NCBI GenBank assembly: GCA_963749655.1
Contig: CAVVOB010000013.1
Span: 224,001 to 288,000 of the forward strand
From: Nitrospirota bacterium
GTDB lineage: Bacteria; Nitrospirota; UBA9217
Direction: 5' to 3'
Length of the DNA stretch: 64,000 nucleotides
The notes under the pieces are model-generated. The model saw nothing but the letters and a program-made list of their open reading frames with translations, was not told where the DNA came from and searched no databases. Positions 63,484 through 64,000 of the stretch are shown piece by piece; the first letter of the stretch is position 1; every line of letters begins with the position of its first letter. Made by a program: the position numbers and the translations under genes.

Positions 63484-64000
63484 CATGGCAGGTGGATGCG
63501 GATGCCTTCCAGCGCGAGCAGGGACATCATAATGAAAAGATAAATATTGATATTCCTGAACAGCTTCGGTGAGGCGTCCCGGAGCGGCGTCCGTCCCGCC
63601 AGAGAGCGTTCAGTCCAGATGAGCCACAGCGCGGGCGGCAGCAACAGCAGGCATCCGGCGGCTGATCGCGTTGATCCGTACAGCGGCAGCGCAAGGCTCG
63701 CGACCGCGGCGGCAACGATCCAGGCGAACGTGATCCTCCCGATCTGGGCGGTATTCAGGACGCCGGTAAGCGAAGGAAGGCCGGCCTTCTCATACTCCTT
63801 TCCGTGACGCAGGACGAGAAGCCAGAAGTGGGGGACCTGCCACATGAAAAACAGGAAGCAGACCGCAGCAAGCCCGGGATCGAGGAGGGTTCCTCCGGCC
63901 GAAACCCAGCCCACGGCAGGCGGGATCATTCCCACCGCCGCTCCGGGCACGGCAGCGAAGGCGGTCCGTTTTTTAAGCCAGGTATAGACACCGTTGTACC
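63483..64000 (-). CDS. Protoheme IX farnesyltransferase (UbiA family), 5' truncated by window edge
   Basis: YTWLK, GAAVGMIPP..GW, WQVPHFW, EYEKAGLP. Confidence 0.85.
   Translation of the reverse strand, partial: YNGVYTWLKKRTAFAAVPGAAVGMIPPAVGWVSAGGTLLDPGLAAVCFLFFMWQVPHFWLLVLRHGKEYEKAGLPSLTGVLNTAQIGRITFAWIVAAAVASLALPLYGSTRSAAGCLLLLPPALWLIWTERSLAGRTPLRDASPKLFRNINIYLFIMMSLLALEGIRIHLP

Overview
A GC-rich bacterial chromosomal window, probably from a Nitrospirota- or Desulfobacterota-like organism (inferred from gene and repeat content). Core and accessory genes include a PilB/PilC-like (GspE/F) pair, nth, tRNA-fMet, a giant PPDK-like dikinase, gap-mgsA with a sugar ABC transporter, pdhABC, two HDAC-family deacetylases, trpS, an LpoA-like lipoprotein, tRNA-Ala(CGC), tctABC, pal, purMN, a heme-c hybrid kinase beside a triheme c7-type cytochrome, and heme o synthase. 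Many genes carry single-base frameshifts, most likely long-read or assembly errors. No CRISPR array, rRNA, integrase or transposase was found. Top candidate for an undescribed system: a 713-aa secreted diheme/Ig-stalk protein (32842-34983, predicted sigma54 promoter) whose C-terminal FN3-like domain is split by a TM helix plus an internal lipoprotein signal (LVG-C660). This suggests anchoring by strand complementation with a lipidated C-terminal fragment. Other highlights are a multi-copy structured non-coding element, a helically phased CGAC/GTCG array, a tRNA-Ala-linked direct repeat, and many 7-mer and 9/10-mer periodic repeats, one inserted in frame in an HDAC gene. All family assignments come from motif recognition, not database searches.
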